Shown here: positions 38,748 to 52,405 of the stretch, piece by piece
Position numbering within the stretch: position 1 is the stretch's first letter
How the letters are laid out: every line of letters begins with the position of its first letter
From: Squalus acanthias
Taxonomy: Eukaryota
Length of the DNA stretch: 64,000 nucleotides
Direction of reading: 5' to 3'
Assembly: GCA_030390025.1 (NCBI GenBank)
Contig: CM059432.1
Coordinates: 35,094,001-35,158,000 of the forward strand
Notes under the pieces: generated by a model
Told to the model about the DNA's origin: nothing
The model's input: only the letters and a program-made list of their open reading frames with translations
The model's database searches: none
Made by a program: the position numbers and the translations under genes

Positions 38748-41700
38748 ATAAGAACATAAGAAATAGGAGCAGGAGTAGGCCATTCGGCACTTCAAGCCTG
38801 CTCTGCCATTCAATGAGATCATGGCTGATCTTCTGCGTCAACTCCATTCACCGGCCCTATCGCCATATCCCTTGATGCCCTTACTAGTCAGAAATCTATC
38901 GACTTCTGTTTTGAATATACCCAATGACTGAGCCACCACAGCCCTCTGGGGTAGAGAATTCCAAAGATTCACCACCCTCTGTGTGAAGAAATTTCTTCTC
39001 ATCTCAGTCCTGAATGGCCTACCCTTTATCTTGAGGCTGTGGCCCCTGGTTCTAGACTCCCCAGCCAAGGGAAACATTCTCCCAGCATCCATCCTATCAA
39101 GCCCTGTAATAATTTTGTATGCTTCAATGAGATCGCCTCTCATTCTTCTGAATTCAAGAGAATACAGGCCTAGTTTACTCAATCTCTTCTCATACGACAG
39201 TCCCGCCATCCCAGGAATCAATCTCGTGAACCTTCGTTGCACTCCCTCTATAGCAAGTATATCCTTCCTTAGGCAAGGAGACCAAAATTGTACACAGTTC
39301 TCCAGGTGTGGTCTCACCAAGGCCCTATATAATTGGAGTAAAACTTCTTTACTCCTGTACTCAAATCCTCTTGTAATGAAGGCCAGCATACCATTTGCCT
39401 TCCTAATGGCTTGCTGCACCTGCACATTCACTTTCAGTGACTCATATACAAGGACACCTTTGAGCATCTGCATTCCCCAATCTTTCACCATTTAGGAAAT
39501 ACTCTGCCTTTCTGTTTTTTCTACCAAAGTGGATAACTTCACATTTATCCACATTATATTCCATCTGCCATGTTCTCGCCCACTCACTGAGCCTGTCGAG
39601 ATCCCCTTGAAGCCTCATCACATCCTCTTCACAACTGACACTGCCACCTAGCTTTGTATCATCAGCAAATTTGGAAATGTTACATTTAGTCCCCTCATCC
39701 AAATCATTGATATAGATTGTGAATAGCTGGGGCCCAAGCACCGATCCTTGCGGTACCCCACTAGTCACAGCCTGCCATCCTGAAAAAGACCCGTTTATCC
39801 CTACTCTTTGTTTTCTGTCTGTTAGCCAATTCTCAATCCATGCTAGTATATTACCCCCAATTCCATGTGCCCTAACTTTATTTACCAACCTCTTGTGTGG
39901 GACCTTATCGAAGGCCTTCTGAAAATCCAAATACACCACATCTACCGGTTCCCCTTTGTCTACTCCACTAGTTACATCCTCAAAGAACTCCAATAGGTTT
40001 GTTAAACAGGATTTCCCTTTCATAAATCCATGTTGACTCTGCCCAATCTTACTATTAGTTTCTAAGTGCCCAGTTATTGCATCCTTTATAATAGATTCCA
40101 GCATTTTACCAACTACTGATGTGAGGCTAACAGGTCTGTAGTTCCCCGTTTTCTCTCTCCCTCCTTTCTTAAATAGCGGGGTTACATTTGCTATCCTCCA
40201 ATCTGCAGGAACCGTTTCAGAATCTATAGAATTTTGGAAGATGACAATCAACGCATCCACTATCCCAATGGCCACCTCTTTCAAAACCCTAGGATGCAGG
40301 TCATCCGGTCCTTGAGATTTATCGACTTTTAGTCCCATTAATTTTGCTAGTACAGTTTTTTTACTAATAATTTCTTTAAGTTCCTTATTCTCACCACACC
40401 CTTGGTTTTCTCATATTTCTGGGAGGTTTTTTGTGTCTTCCTCCGTGAAGACAGAAACAAAGTATTTATTTAATTTCTCTGCCATTTCCTCATTCCCCAT
40501 TATAAATTCTCCCATCTCTGACTGTAAAGAACCTACATTTACCTTCGCCAGTCTTTTCCTTTTCACATACCTATAGAAGCTTTTACAATCTGTTTTTATA
40601 TTTTTCGCTAGTTTATGCTCATATTCCATTTTCCCTTTCTTTATCAATTTCTTGGTCCCCCTTTGCTGATTTCTAAAAAGATCCCAATCCTCAGGCTGAC
40701 CGCATTTTCTGGCAACTTTATAAGCTTCCTCCTTTGACTTAATACTAGCTTTAATTTCTTTTGTTAGCCATGGTTGGATCACTTTTCCTTTTGGGTTTTT
40801 ATGCCCTAGAGGAATATATGTTTGTTGCAAATTATGCATTATTTCCTTGAATGTTAGCCATTGTATGTCCACCTTCATACCTTTTAGTGTAGTCTCCCAA
40901 TCTACCTTGGCCAACTTGTCCCTCATACCCTTGTAGCCTCTTAACCTCTGTTTAGATTGAAGACCTTAGTTTCAGATTGGACTACATCACTCTCAAACTT
41001 AATGTAAAATTCAATCATATTATGGTCACTTGTCCCTAAAGGCCCCTTTACCACAAGATTATTGATTAGCCCTTTCTCATTACACAGTACCAGATCCAGA
41101 ATTGCCTGTTCCCTGGTTGGTTCCTCCACATACTGATCCAGGAAACCATCTCGCATGCATTCCAAGAATTTGTCCTCCACGCCATTAGTGGTAATTTGAT
41201 TTGCCCAGTCAATATGTAGATTAAAGTCCCCCATGATTACCGTATTGCCCTTGTTACATGCACTTCTAATTTCTTGATTGATAGTGTGCCCTACACTACC
41301 ACTACTGTTTGGTGGCCTATACACAACTCCCACCAATGTTTTCCGCCCTTTGCTGTTTCTTAGCTCCACCCAAACTGATTCCAGTTCTACATCACGATCT
41401 GCCGAGCCAAGATCTTTTATCTCTACCGTACCGATCTCATCCCTTATTAACAGCGCTACACCACCTCCTTTTCTTTTTTGTCGGTCTTTCCTAAATGTTG
41501 AGTACCCTGGAACATTCAGTTCCCAGCTTTGGTTACCCTGCAACCATGTCTCTGTAATGGCAATTACATCATACCCATTTACTTCTATTTGTGCCATTAA
41601 TTCATCCACCTTGTTGCAAATGCTATGTGCATTTAGAGAAAGTGCCTTCAACTTTGCCTGTTTAATATTTTTCAGCACTTTGATCCTCTTTACTGTTGGC

Positions 41701-42960
41701 CTTTGTTTCTGCTCCCTACTAGTTTTGCTGACTACTTTTCTAACTTGCACTTCCAGCTTTGTTTCTCTCCATTCTGGGCCCACACTTAGGTTCCCAGCCC
41801 CCTGACAAACTAGTTTAAATCCTTCCCAACAGCACTAGCAAACCCCCCTGCGAAGGTATTGGTCCCAGTTCTGCTGAGGTGTAACCCGTCCAGCTTGTAC
41901 AGGTCCCACCTTCCCCAGAATCGGTCCCAATGCCTCAGGAATTTAAATCCCTCCCTCCTACACCATCTCTCCAGCCACGCATTCATCTGGTCTATTCTCC
42001 TATTTCTGCTCTCGCTAGCATGTGGCACTGGGAGTAATCCTGAGATTACTACCTTTAAGGTCCTGCTTTTTAATTTATTTCCTAGCTCCCTATATTCTGC
42101 TTGCAGGACCTCGTCCCTCTTTCTACCTATGTCGTTGGTACTGATATGGACCATGACCTCTGGCTGTTCACCCTCCCCCTTTAGAATGTCCTGCAGCCGC
42201 TCAGTGACATCCTTGACCTGGCACCAAAGAGGCAATATACCATCCTGGAGTCACGTCTGCGGCCACAGAAACGTCTATCCCTTACAATAGAATCCCCTAT
42301 CACTATTGCTCTCCCACTCTTTTTCCTCCCCTCCTGTGCAGCTGAGCCACTCATAGTGCCACGGACTTGGCTCTTGCTGCATTCCCCTGAGAAACCATCT
42401 CCCCCAGCAGTATCCAAAACGGAAAATCTGTTGGAGAGGGAGATGGACCCAGGGGACTCCTGCACTACCTTCCTAGTTCTTTTATTCTGTCTGGCGGTCA
42501 CCCATTCCCTTTCTGCCTGTGCACTCTTTACCTGCGGTGTGACCACCTCGTCAAATGTGCTCTCCATGTAGATCTCAGCCTCGCGGATGCTCCACAGTAA
42601 CTCCAGCCACAGCTCCAGATCCGAAATGCGGATTTCGAGTAGCTGCAGCTGGAGTCACTTCCTGCACATGTGTTCGCCCTGGACACCGAAAGTGTCCCTG
42701 ACTTCCCACATAGCACAGGAGGAGCACTCCACGCTGCCGAGCTGCCCTGCCATGTCCTACCCTTAATTTACTCCCTTTACTTCCTCTAAACTAAAGAATA
42801 TTAAATACACTAGGGACCTTACTTCACTTTACACACTACTTACTCTAAACTAGAGACCTTACTTTTACTTTAACGACTGGACTGTAGAAATACTCACCAG
42901 GTCCTACTTACCAATCAGCTCCTTCCCTGGTTGTGACTTGTATAAATGTTTGCCCCGACC
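38748..42960 (-). mobile_element. Near full-length CR1 LINE (ORF1 zinc finger and SGNH esterase; ORF2 APE endonuclease and RT), frameshifted
   Basis: ORF1 pieces 42753-41810 (CxxC finger, VHISTNDI esterase). ORF2 pieces 41783-40941 (ITETW, GDFN, SDH), 40926-40411, 40338-39442 (GVPQGSVLGP, FADD) and 39491-38838. 3' tail (TTCTTATG)n. Confidence 0.95.
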
Positions 42961-42985
42961 TTTAATCCCATTGCATTATATAGTG

Positions 42986-43440
42986 TCGGCCATGGCTCAG
43001 TGGTAGCACTCTCGCCTGTGAGTCACACTCCAGGCACTTGAGCTCATATTCCAGTCTGACACTTCAGTGCAATACTAAGGGAGTACTGCATTGTCATAGG
43101 TGCCGTAGGTGCCGTCCTTTGGATGAGACGTTAAACCGAGACCCTGTCTGCCCTTTCAGGTAAGCGTAAAAGATTCCATGGCACTGTTTGAAGAAGAATA
43201 GGGGAGTTCTCCCACTGTCCTGGCCAACATTTATAACTTAACCAGCACTATCAAAAGCAGACGATCTGGTCATTTATTTCATTGCTGTTTGTGGGACCTT
43301 GCTGTGCACAAATCAGCTGCTGCATTTCCCTATATTACAACAGTGATTGCACTTCAAATAAATAATTTAATTGGCTCTGAAGTGTTTTAGGATGTCCTGA
43401 GGTAGTGAACAGTGCTATATAAGTGCTATATCTTTCTTTC
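42986..43440 (+). mobile_element. Deu-domain tRNA SINE (SacSINE1/AmnSINE1-like), near full length
   Basis: Head tggctcagtggtagcactctcgcc, Deu core ggatgagacgttaaaccgag..ctgccct..cagg..aaaagatcccatggcac, L2-like tail. Confidence 0.85.
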
Positions 43441-45039
43441 TTTCTATCTTTCTTTTTTTTTCTTTATTTCTCTCCTTTCTTTCTTTTCTTTTTTTCTTTC
43501 TCAGTATATTCATGAGAAAGACTGAATCCAACCAACTGTTGTCCCAATATCAAAAAAAGGAGCCAGACTTTAATTGGGAAATCACAGATAAATTTATCTA
43601 GAATCTGTAAAATGCTTGAGAATATGGTACGAGATGTTATCAATGTTTATCTAAAGGGTGCAGAGGCCATAAGGAGTACTCGGCATGGATTTAGAAGCAA
43701 TATGTCATGCGTCACGAATCTAATGGAATTCTTTGAGGGGGTAATTAAGTTAGCGTAGGAGATATGTCCAGTGGATGTTATGTATGTGGACTTTCAGAAG
43801 GCACTCTATGGAGTTCTGCATCTTTTAAAGGTGCACTATATGCCACTCATCACTCAACAAGTCTAACCACCACAGAGCATCAAGCAACAAAGCAAATAGA
43901 CTGTGGAACCAGACAGCCAGAACATTCGAGTACAAGTCAGAAGATATCCTGCTGTAATGTACAGTGCTCTGGTCATAGGAACATAAGAATTGCTAGATGA
44001 AAAAAGACCAAAGTCCATCTAGTTCAGCATCTACCACACTGGTAGTTGCATGATACAACAATAATGGAGTTGTTGACTAACCATAGCAATCAACCTCGAT
44101 CAATGGTTCTACAAGAGACCCCGAAATGACATGAGGAAACCCCCAGTGGTGAAGAGCTTTGGAAACCATATTTCCAAAGTCCCCTGTTCTCCCCAAGCAT
44201 GCTACACTTACTACATGTCACGTCTCAAATTACTCATATACTATATATTTAAATATTTTCTGATAGAAATCTATCGAATTTATATTTTAATGGTCGTTGA
44301 GTACTTTGTCCAGGTCTGGTCACCTAGTCACACATTGGATTTTCAGGCTGCAGAGGCCATGCAGAGATAAGTCACGGGACTGAGTTATGAGGAAAGACTG
44401 AAGAAATTTGAACTTTTCAGCCTTGAAATGAGGCAACTGAGAGGTGACCTTATAGCGCTATAAGAGTGTATGCTACAGAAAAGATGGGGTAGATTCAACT
44501 TCACAGCCTGGGCAGTAATCAGGTGAAGCAGATCACCCACCATTTATGGAACCCATCCAATTTGCATTCCAGTTATTTTACAACACTCAAGAAGCTCGAC
44601 ACCATCCAGGACAAAGCAGTCAGCTTGAGCAGCCACCCGTCCAACACCTTAAGCATCCACTCCCTCCACCATTGGCGAACCGCCGCTGCAGTGTGTAGTA
44701 TCTACAGGATGCACTGTAGCAAATCATGAAGGCTTCTTCAACAACATCTCCCAAACCCGCGATCACCACCTAGAAGGACAAGGGCAGCAGGCGCATGGAA
44801 ACACCATCACCTCCAAGTTCCCCTCCAAGTCACACACCATCCCGACTTGGACATATATCGCCGTTCCTTCATGGTCACTGGGTCAAAATCCTGGAACTCC
44901 CTGCCTAACAGCACTGTGGGACTGCAACGGTTCCAGAAGAAGGCTCACCACCACCTTCTCAAGGGAAACTAGTGATAGACAATAAATGCTGGCCTTGTTA
45001 GCAATGCCCTATCACCAGAATTAATGAAAATAAAATTGG

Positions 45040-46062
45040 ATAAGCTAATTGAGGTGTTTAAAATGATAGGGGAAATGCAGGGAAGTTATTTCCTTTGCTA
45101 GGGTATTTGGCAGGGGAATGGGCACCAGGATGTAGCATTAGAAAGGAGAAACAAAGTGCACAAAGGATGGGGTGAGACAGATAGCACTAGAGTAAGAAAT
45201 AGTAAGGTGTTAGGTGGAGTCAGACTAAGAGAGAATACAAGAAGGTCTAAGAGAGGTTTACAGTGCATGTGTGTAAACGCACGAAGCGTGGTTAATAAGG
45301 TTGGTGAGCTGCAGGCGCAAATAGCCACATGGGAATATGATGTCGTGGTGATAACGGAGACCTGGCTCAAAAAAGGGCAGGATTGGGTATTAAATATTCC
45401 TGGATATGAGGTGTTCACGAAAGATAAGGAAGGAAAGAAAGGAGGTGGGGTGGCAGTATTGATTAGGGAGATTAAGGAGAATGTTACAGTGCTGGAGAGA
45501 GAGGATGTCCTGGAGGGGTCAAGGACAGAATCTATTTGGTTAGAGTTAAGAAATAATAGAGGTGTATTCTATAGGCCACCAACTAGTGGGAAGGATATAG
45601 AGGAGCATATTTGCAGGGAAATTACTGAGAGGTGCAAGAACTATAGAGTAGTCATAATGGGGTACTTCAACTATCCTAATATAGACTGGGATAGTAATAA
45701 TCTAAAGGGCAGAGAGGGGGAAGAATTTCTGAAGTGTGTTCAGGAGAACTGTCTTGATCAGTATGTTTCTGGCCAGGGGTACAATCTTAACATTAGAGTT
45801 AAACCATTCAGGAAGAACTTTTTCACACAAAGGGTGGTGCAAATCTGGAACTCTCTCCCCAAAAAGGCTGTGGATGCTGGGTCAATTGAAATTTTCAAGG
45901 ATGAGATCGACACATTTTTATTCAGTAAAAGTATCAAGGGATAGGGATCAAAGGCGAGAAAATGAGGTTGAGTACAGATCAGCCATGATCTAATTGAATG
46001 GTGGAACAGGCTGGAGGGACTGAATGGCCTCCTGCTTTTCTCTATGATTCTCTATGATTCTC
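45040..46062 (+). mobile_element. Composite CR1: endonuclease fragment joined to a CR1 3' end
   Basis: ORF 45156-45944: NARSVVNK, ITETW and YRPP (APE domain) run directly into FFTQRVVQIWNSLP (C-terminus). Confidence 0.85.
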
Positions 46063-46329
46063 TCTGAGTGCTTTACTCGGCCACTTCAGAGGGTAGTTAA
46101 GAGTCAATCACGTTGGTGTGGGACTTGAGTCGCGTACAGGCCAGATCGGGTAAGGACGGCAGGTTTCCTTCCCTAAAGGACATTAGTGAACCAGTTGGCT
46201 TTTTACGACAATCTGACAGCTTCATGGTCACTTTAACTTTTTTATTTCCAGATTTTTTTTTTAAAGCTGTATTCAAATGATCAAACTGCCATGCTGGCAT
46301 TTGAACTCACATTCTCTGGATTATTTGTC

Positions 46330-47420
46330 CAGGCGTCTGGATTACTGTTGGCTGTAAAATCAGAAATGACATCCTCTGACCATGGTGCACTATCCTATCT
46401 CATTCATCTCAATCTCTCTGCAGTGTTTGACTCTAACCTATGCGATCATAGCCAGAACATCTCCAGCAATGCCTTCACTTCCTGCCCCAGCAGTGTTACC
46501 GGTGGAGTTCCCCAATGATCCATCTTTGGCACTCCTGCTCTTCATGGGATCGGCTTCCACGTGTACACTGACAACACCCAGGTCTACCTCTCCACCACCT
46601 GTCTCGACCCCGCCACTGCCTCTCTGTTGTCAGACTGTTTGTCCAACATCCAGTCCTGGATGAGTCACAATCTTCTCCAGTTAAATATTGGGAAGACCGA
46701 AGCCATTGTCTTCGGCCCCCGGCACAACCACTTGCCATTGATTTCATCGCCCTGCCGAGACATTCGACATTTATTGGACCCTGAGCTGAGCTTCCAGCCC
46801 CATGTCATCTCCATGACAAAGACTGCCTATTCCCACCCGTAACATCGCCCGTCTCCGCCCCTGCCTCAGCACATCTGCAGCTGAAACCCTCATCCATGCC
46901 ATGCCTTTGTTACCTCCGGACTCGACTATTCCAATGCCCTCCTGGCCAGCCTCCCACCTACCACCCTCCATAAATTTCTGCTCATCCAAAACTCTGCTGC
47001 GCATATCCTAACCCACACTAAGTCCCATTCACTCATCACCCCTCATCACTGACTTACATTGGCTCCCGGTCCCCAATGGCTCAAATTTAAAATTCTCATC
47101 CTTGTGTTCATATCCTTTCATAGTATCACCCCTCCTTATCTCTGTAACTTCCTCCAGCCCTGCAACCCGCTGAGAACTCTGCCTTATTCCAACTTTAGCC
47201 TCCCATGCATCCCCCACTCCCTTCGCCCCACCATTAGCGGCCATGCCTTCAGCCATCTGGGTCCTACGCGCTGGAATTCCCTCCCTAAATAACCTTTGCC
47301 TCTTTCTCCCTACCTAAAATGCAGCTCTTTGACAGAGCATTTGCTCACCCCTCCTAATATCGCCTCCTTTGGGAAGGTAATGATTTTTCTCCGATTACAC
47401 ATCTGTACAGCACCTTGGGA
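46330..47420 (+). mobile_element. Degenerate L2 LINE fragment
   Basis: YTDNTQVYLS..IQSWMSHNLLQLNIGKTE and FKILILVF. Shorter L2 pieces at 20330-20560(+), 21790-22130(+), 24000-24270(-) and 28540-28910(-). Confidence 0.85.
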
Positions 47421-47987
47421 TATTTCTTTAAAGTCACTGAGACCCATCAAAAGAGGTGCTCTTCACCAGCACCAGCTGAGCCACCATATACACCACCAGC
47501 GGTAGAGGCAGCCCCCTCTTCTGACTACTGGCAAGGCCAAACACCACGATCGGCCCATTCAAGCCAGCAATGCGGCTTGACCCTCGCTGGGGTGGGTGGA
47601 GGGAGGGAGGGAGGGAGGAGGGAGGAGGAAGGATGGAAGGAAGGAAGGAAGGAGCCCTGGGGAAACACCACAGAGATCACTTCTTAAAATAAAGGCACAG
47701 AAAGAATTATGTACTTATTTGTTAATTCACCAGGTAGTGAGGTTTAAACGGCCTGCCACTGGATTGAGTCTCAGCTGTTTAGTACATAACTAACCCTTAG
47801 AGACTGCGACTGACAAGGCAATCATTTACAGGGCAGAAAATCAATGGCGCAGGCTGCAAATATCAGGAGCTGCTGTAGCGAATCTCGAGTCTTGTGACCT
47901 CAGCTCCCTGACTGATGCTTCACTCACTGCTAGTTGAGATTTTATTCCCTCCGAAGTTCCCATCTTCTCCTCCTCTCCTTTGCTAAT

Positions 47988-50157
47988 GTACATAAGAACA
48001 TAAGAACATAAGAAATAGGAGCAGGAGTAGGCCAATCGGCCCCTCGAGCCTGCTCCGCCATTCAATAAGATCATGGCTGATCTGATCCTAACCGCCAATC
48101 TACTATCTATCACAGAACCATCTCCTGCATCTAACAGAATTGCACACACGAAGTAGGAGCAGAATCAGGCTACACGGTCCCTGGGCCCGCTCCACTACCC
48201 ACAGGGCCATGACCGATCCGAACCTAGACTCATGTCCAAATTCCTGCCCGCTCCCCGTAACCCTTAATGCCCTTTACTTCTAGGAAACTGTCTATTTCTG
48301 TTTTAAATTTATTTAATGATGTAGCTTCTACAGCTTTTTGTGGCAGCATATTCCATGGACCTACCACCCTCTGAGTGAAGTAGTTCCTCCTCATCTCAGT
48401 TTTGAAAGAGCAGCCCCTTATTCTAAGACTATGTCCCCTAGTTCTAGTCTCACCCGTCATCGGGAACATCCTTCCCGCATCCACCCGATCCAACCCCTTC
48501 ACAATCTTATATGTTTCAATAAGATCGCCTCTCATTCTTCTGAACTCCAATGAGTAGAGTCCCAATCTACCCAACCTCTCCTCATATGACCACCCCCTCA
48601 TCCCCGGGATTAACCGAGTGAACCTTTTTTGCACTGCCTCGAGAGCAAGGATGTCTTTCCTTAAGTAAGGACACCAAAACTGTATGCAGTATTCCAGGTG
48701 CGGTCTCACCAATACCTTGTACAACTGAAGCAATACCTCCCTATTTTTATATTCTATCCCCCTAGCAATGAAAGCCAACATTCCATTTGCCTTCTTAATC
48801 ACTTGCTGCACCTGCATACTAACCTTTTGAGTTTCGTGCACCAGGACCCCCAGATCCCTTTGCACTTCAGTACTCTCCAGTTTCTTGCCATTAAGATAAT
48901 AAATTGCTCTAGGATTTTTCCTGCCAAAGTGCATCACCTCACACTTTCCAGTGTTGTATTCCATCTGCCAAATCTCTGCCCACTTACTTAGCCTGTCTAT
49001 GTCCCCTTGCAGGTTTTTTATGTCCTCCTCACTCACTACTTTCCCTCCCATCTTTGTATCATCTGCAAATTTTGATATGTTACACTTGGTCCCTTCCTCC
49101 AAATCGTTAATATAGATTGTAAAGAGTTGGGGACCCAGCACTGACCCCTGTGGAACACCACTAGTTACTGATTGCCAGTCTGAGAATGAACCATTTATCC
49201 CAACTCTTTGCTTTCTGTTAGATAGCCAATCCTCTATCCATGCCAGAATATTACCCCCAATCCCGTGATTTTTTACCTTAAGCAATAATCTTTTGTGTGG
49301 CACCTTGTCAAATGCCTTTTGGAAGTCTAAATACACTACGTCCACTGGTTCCCCTTTATCCACTCTATATGTTACTTCCTCAAAGAACTCCAGCAAATTT
49401 GTCAAACATGACTTCCCCTTCGTAAAACCATGCTGACTTTGTCCTATTAAATTATGATTATCCAAATGTCCTGTTACTGTTTCCTTAATAATGGACTCCA
49501 AAATTTTACCTACCACAGATGTTAGGCTAACCGGTCTATAGTTACCAGCCTTCTGTCTACTGCCCTTTTTAAATAAGGGTGTTACATTAGCAGTTTTCCA
49601 GTCTGCCGGGACCTTAGCGGAATCCAGGGAGTTTTGAAAAATTATTACCAATGCATCTACAATCCCTACCGCCACTTCCTTCAAGACTCTAGGATGTAAG
49701 CCATCAGGTCCAGGTGATTTATCCGCCTTGAGTCCCATTATTTTACCGAGTACCACTTCCTTAGTGATTTTGATCGTGTTTAGCTCCTCTCCCCCTATAG
49801 CCCCCTGTTTGTCCAGTGTTGGGATATTCTTAGTGTCCTCTACTGTAAAGACTGATACAAAATATTCATTCAGTGTTTTTGCCATCTCCATATTTCCCAC
49901 CATTAATTTCCCGGTCTCATCCTCTAAGGGACCAACATTTACTTTAGCCACCCTTTTTCTCTTTATATAACTATAAAAACTCTTACTATCTGTTTTTATA
50001 TTTTTTGCTAATTTACTTTCATAATCTATCTTCCCTTTCTTAATCAATCTTTTTGTTATTTTTTGCTGCCTTTTAAAGTTTTCCCAATCCTCTGTCCTCC
50101 CACTAGATTTCGCTACCTTATATGCCCTTGTTTTTAGTCGAATACTATCCTTAATTA
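47988..50157 (-). mobile_element. 5'-truncated CR1 LINE with uninterrupted RT ORF
   Basis: ORF 48230-50227 (665 aa) with NYRPVSLTS, YLDFQKAFDKV, GVPQGSVLGP and FADD; (TTCTTATG)n tail at ~47990-48012. Confidence 0.95.
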
Positions 50158-50669
50158 CAACTCTACAAAAACCCTCATCCAAGAGGCCATTCTCTATGTG
50201 TGAGCCTGGATAGTGGGTGGGGTCCAAATATTTTTTTAATTTGTTTATGGGATGTGGGCGTCGCTCTCAAGGCCAGCATTTATTGCCCATCCCTAATTGC
50301 CCTTGAGATTTGACCATGATAGGCATCCTAGATGAACCGCATCCTGTCCTCAACCAGAGTTTCCATACATCCACTCATTGCAAAGCGATCAGGATCATGA
50401 CCCCTCACTGGTTTCTTCCTTCCTCACCCCTGAACTCAATCATACCAACCCACCCTGAATTTAATAACTTACAAATTGATTTCTTTGCCTTTCTACAATG
50501 TTACACATGCACTAAATAAAGGAGAGTTAGTGTGAGATAGGAGACCGTGTCCACAGCACCACCTCTGGAGGTACAATCAACTCTTCAAACACAGTGCTTA
50601 TAGGAAGCACGCAATCTGGTTGTATTTTAATTGTTTATATACAATAACAGATATTCAAAATGAGTTACA

Positions 50670-50990
50670 AGCTAGGATCCAACCAAGGAGTTCAGATGGT
50701 TTATATAGAATAACAGATACGTGGGAGTGAGTTGCAGACTGGAATCTAATTGAGGGGTTTAGATGGTTTATATATAGAATAATGAATACCCGGAAAGAAT
50801 TACAGGCTGGAATCTAATCGAGGGGTTCAAATAAGTTATATATAGAATAATAGATACCTCAGAGAGAATTACAGACTGAAATCTAATCAAGGAGTTCAGA
50901 TGGTTTATATATAGAATAATGGATACCCAGGAGTCAGTTACAGGCTGGAATCTAATTGAGCATTCAAATGGTTTCTATATAGAACAATGG
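50670..50990 (+). repeat. Minisatellite, ~67-70-bp unit, 4-5 copies
   Basis: Unit resembling atggtttatatatagaataacagatacccgggagtgagttacagactggaatctaatcgaggggttcag. Confidence 0.88.
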
Positions 50991-51984
50991 ATAATTCACA
51001 GTTACTTTATCCAGGTGGGATTTCCTAGTTCCAAGCAGGACAGTAACCATAGGATAAACATCAGAACAAACAATCATACAGGAGGTTGCAGCATTGCCCC
51101 CAAATAGAATATTAGAAATGGCCTTTAATTCTGTCTGAATGGCGCCTCTGAATGAAGCGCACTGTTTCTGTGGAGACCAGTGAGTCTGACAGATGGAGAA
51201 TGTCTGCCACCTGCTGGACATTGGAGAGTGACACAAGGGCCAAACATCACATTGCAACATGCTATGCTGGGTCTCTGATGAGGACTTTGAACCTGTATAG
51301 CATAGTTTTCCTTTTTTAGGGGCGGCTTCTTTATTACTCCCATCATTGCTTCCCCAAATGCACATATACATTCTCTGGGACCACTCTGCGCAATACAGGC
51401 TCCCTGTGGGATCTCTCCACCTTGTGCCCCATTCCAACTGCGAAACAATGCCCTAGGTAAGGTGATGCTGGCTAGTCATCAATGGGTTGGGTGGTCCTGT
51501 CTGGAAAGTAATGGGTAGCGTAATCCTAGTTGGAAGTATGTTGTAATCAACTTTGGATCCAAAGCCTACAGGGTTAAATAATGAGAACAGGTTGCATAAA
51601 CCTGGTTTGTATTCCCTTGAGTATAGAAGAGTGAGCGTCATCTAATCAAGCTGTTTAAAAGGATTTAATACTGGGCCAGAGAGGTGCACCATGGAAACTT
51701 TGACAGAAATGTGGCAAGGTCCTGGCACAACCGGGTCCCATCCAAAACTTCACTCCAGTCCCGCTAACACCAGTTTCCCAATGCAATACTGGAGGAATTT
51801 CAAGTTTATAGTTAGTAGCACAGGGTGCCTGGGGGAGAGGTTACTGAGTGACGGTGTGAGGGGGCCGGATTAACATCAGTAAAGATACAGTCAGGAGAAC
51901 AGGGCTCTTTTAATGCTCATCGGTGTGCCTATCTGTTAATTCAGCTCTTGAGTGTAGGGGGCAGTGTTGTCCACACTTAACATA

Positions 51985-52032
51985 AAACAGACATAGAATC
52001 AGACGGAGGTTTAGTATTGATTATAATTTATT
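51985..52032 (-). terminator. Probable polyadenylation site of the cathelin-like gene
   Basis: Minus-strand AATAAA at 52032-52027, followed about 25-50 nt later by GT/T-rich tctatgtctgttttatgtt. A second AATAAA lies at 52304-52299. Confidence 0.5.
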
Positions 52033-52396
52033 GTAACAGGATCAGATGATTCAGACAGTGCGACTCACTCTTTAAATGGAATCCAGTTTACCGGCTGCCT
52101 TATGATACCACTTAGAGGAATAGCTGTAATTGGTTGGGCTGCTCAGCTCCACTTACTATTGGTCTGGAGAAATGATTGGCAGACGGTCTGAAGAAAAGGG
52201 GGCGAGGCCCGATGTCAAGGATTGAATACAATGCAGATTGCAAATTTTACCCTCAAATGTCTCATTTTAAACAGTTTCTGGAGAGTCCAAAGCCAATTTT
52301 TATTTTAAACGTGTGACTTCCGACAAAAGATGGCTGCCTTGGCAGTTCGTTCTGCCCACTATGCTGCTGGCCAATGTCCTCTTCGAAACTCCTCAC

Positions 52397-52405
52397 TCAA
52401 TTTTG
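52397..52405 (-). CDS. Cathelicidin/cathelin-like gene, probable terminal exon 4 coding part (Q-N-stop)
   Basis: Strong acceptor gtgttttgcttttgccttttcag at the start of the first unique (non-TE) block downstream of exon 3. Frame 0 reads CAA AAT TGA, followed by a 3'UTR-like stretch with AATAAA signals. Confidence 0.55.
   Translation of the reverse strand, partial: QN

Noticed and set aside
45156..45944. 262-aa ORF as a domesticated endonuclease gene
   Set aside because: It is a chance in-frame join of CR1 fragments; the catalytic GDFN is mutated to GYFN and the SDH motif is missing.
51125..51292. Alternative terminal exon for the cathelin-like gene (VQSPHQRPSIACC..)
   Set aside because: The acceptor lacks a polypyrimidine tract and lies beyond the better acceptor and poly(A) signal at 52405-52027. 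Not excluded, but weaker.
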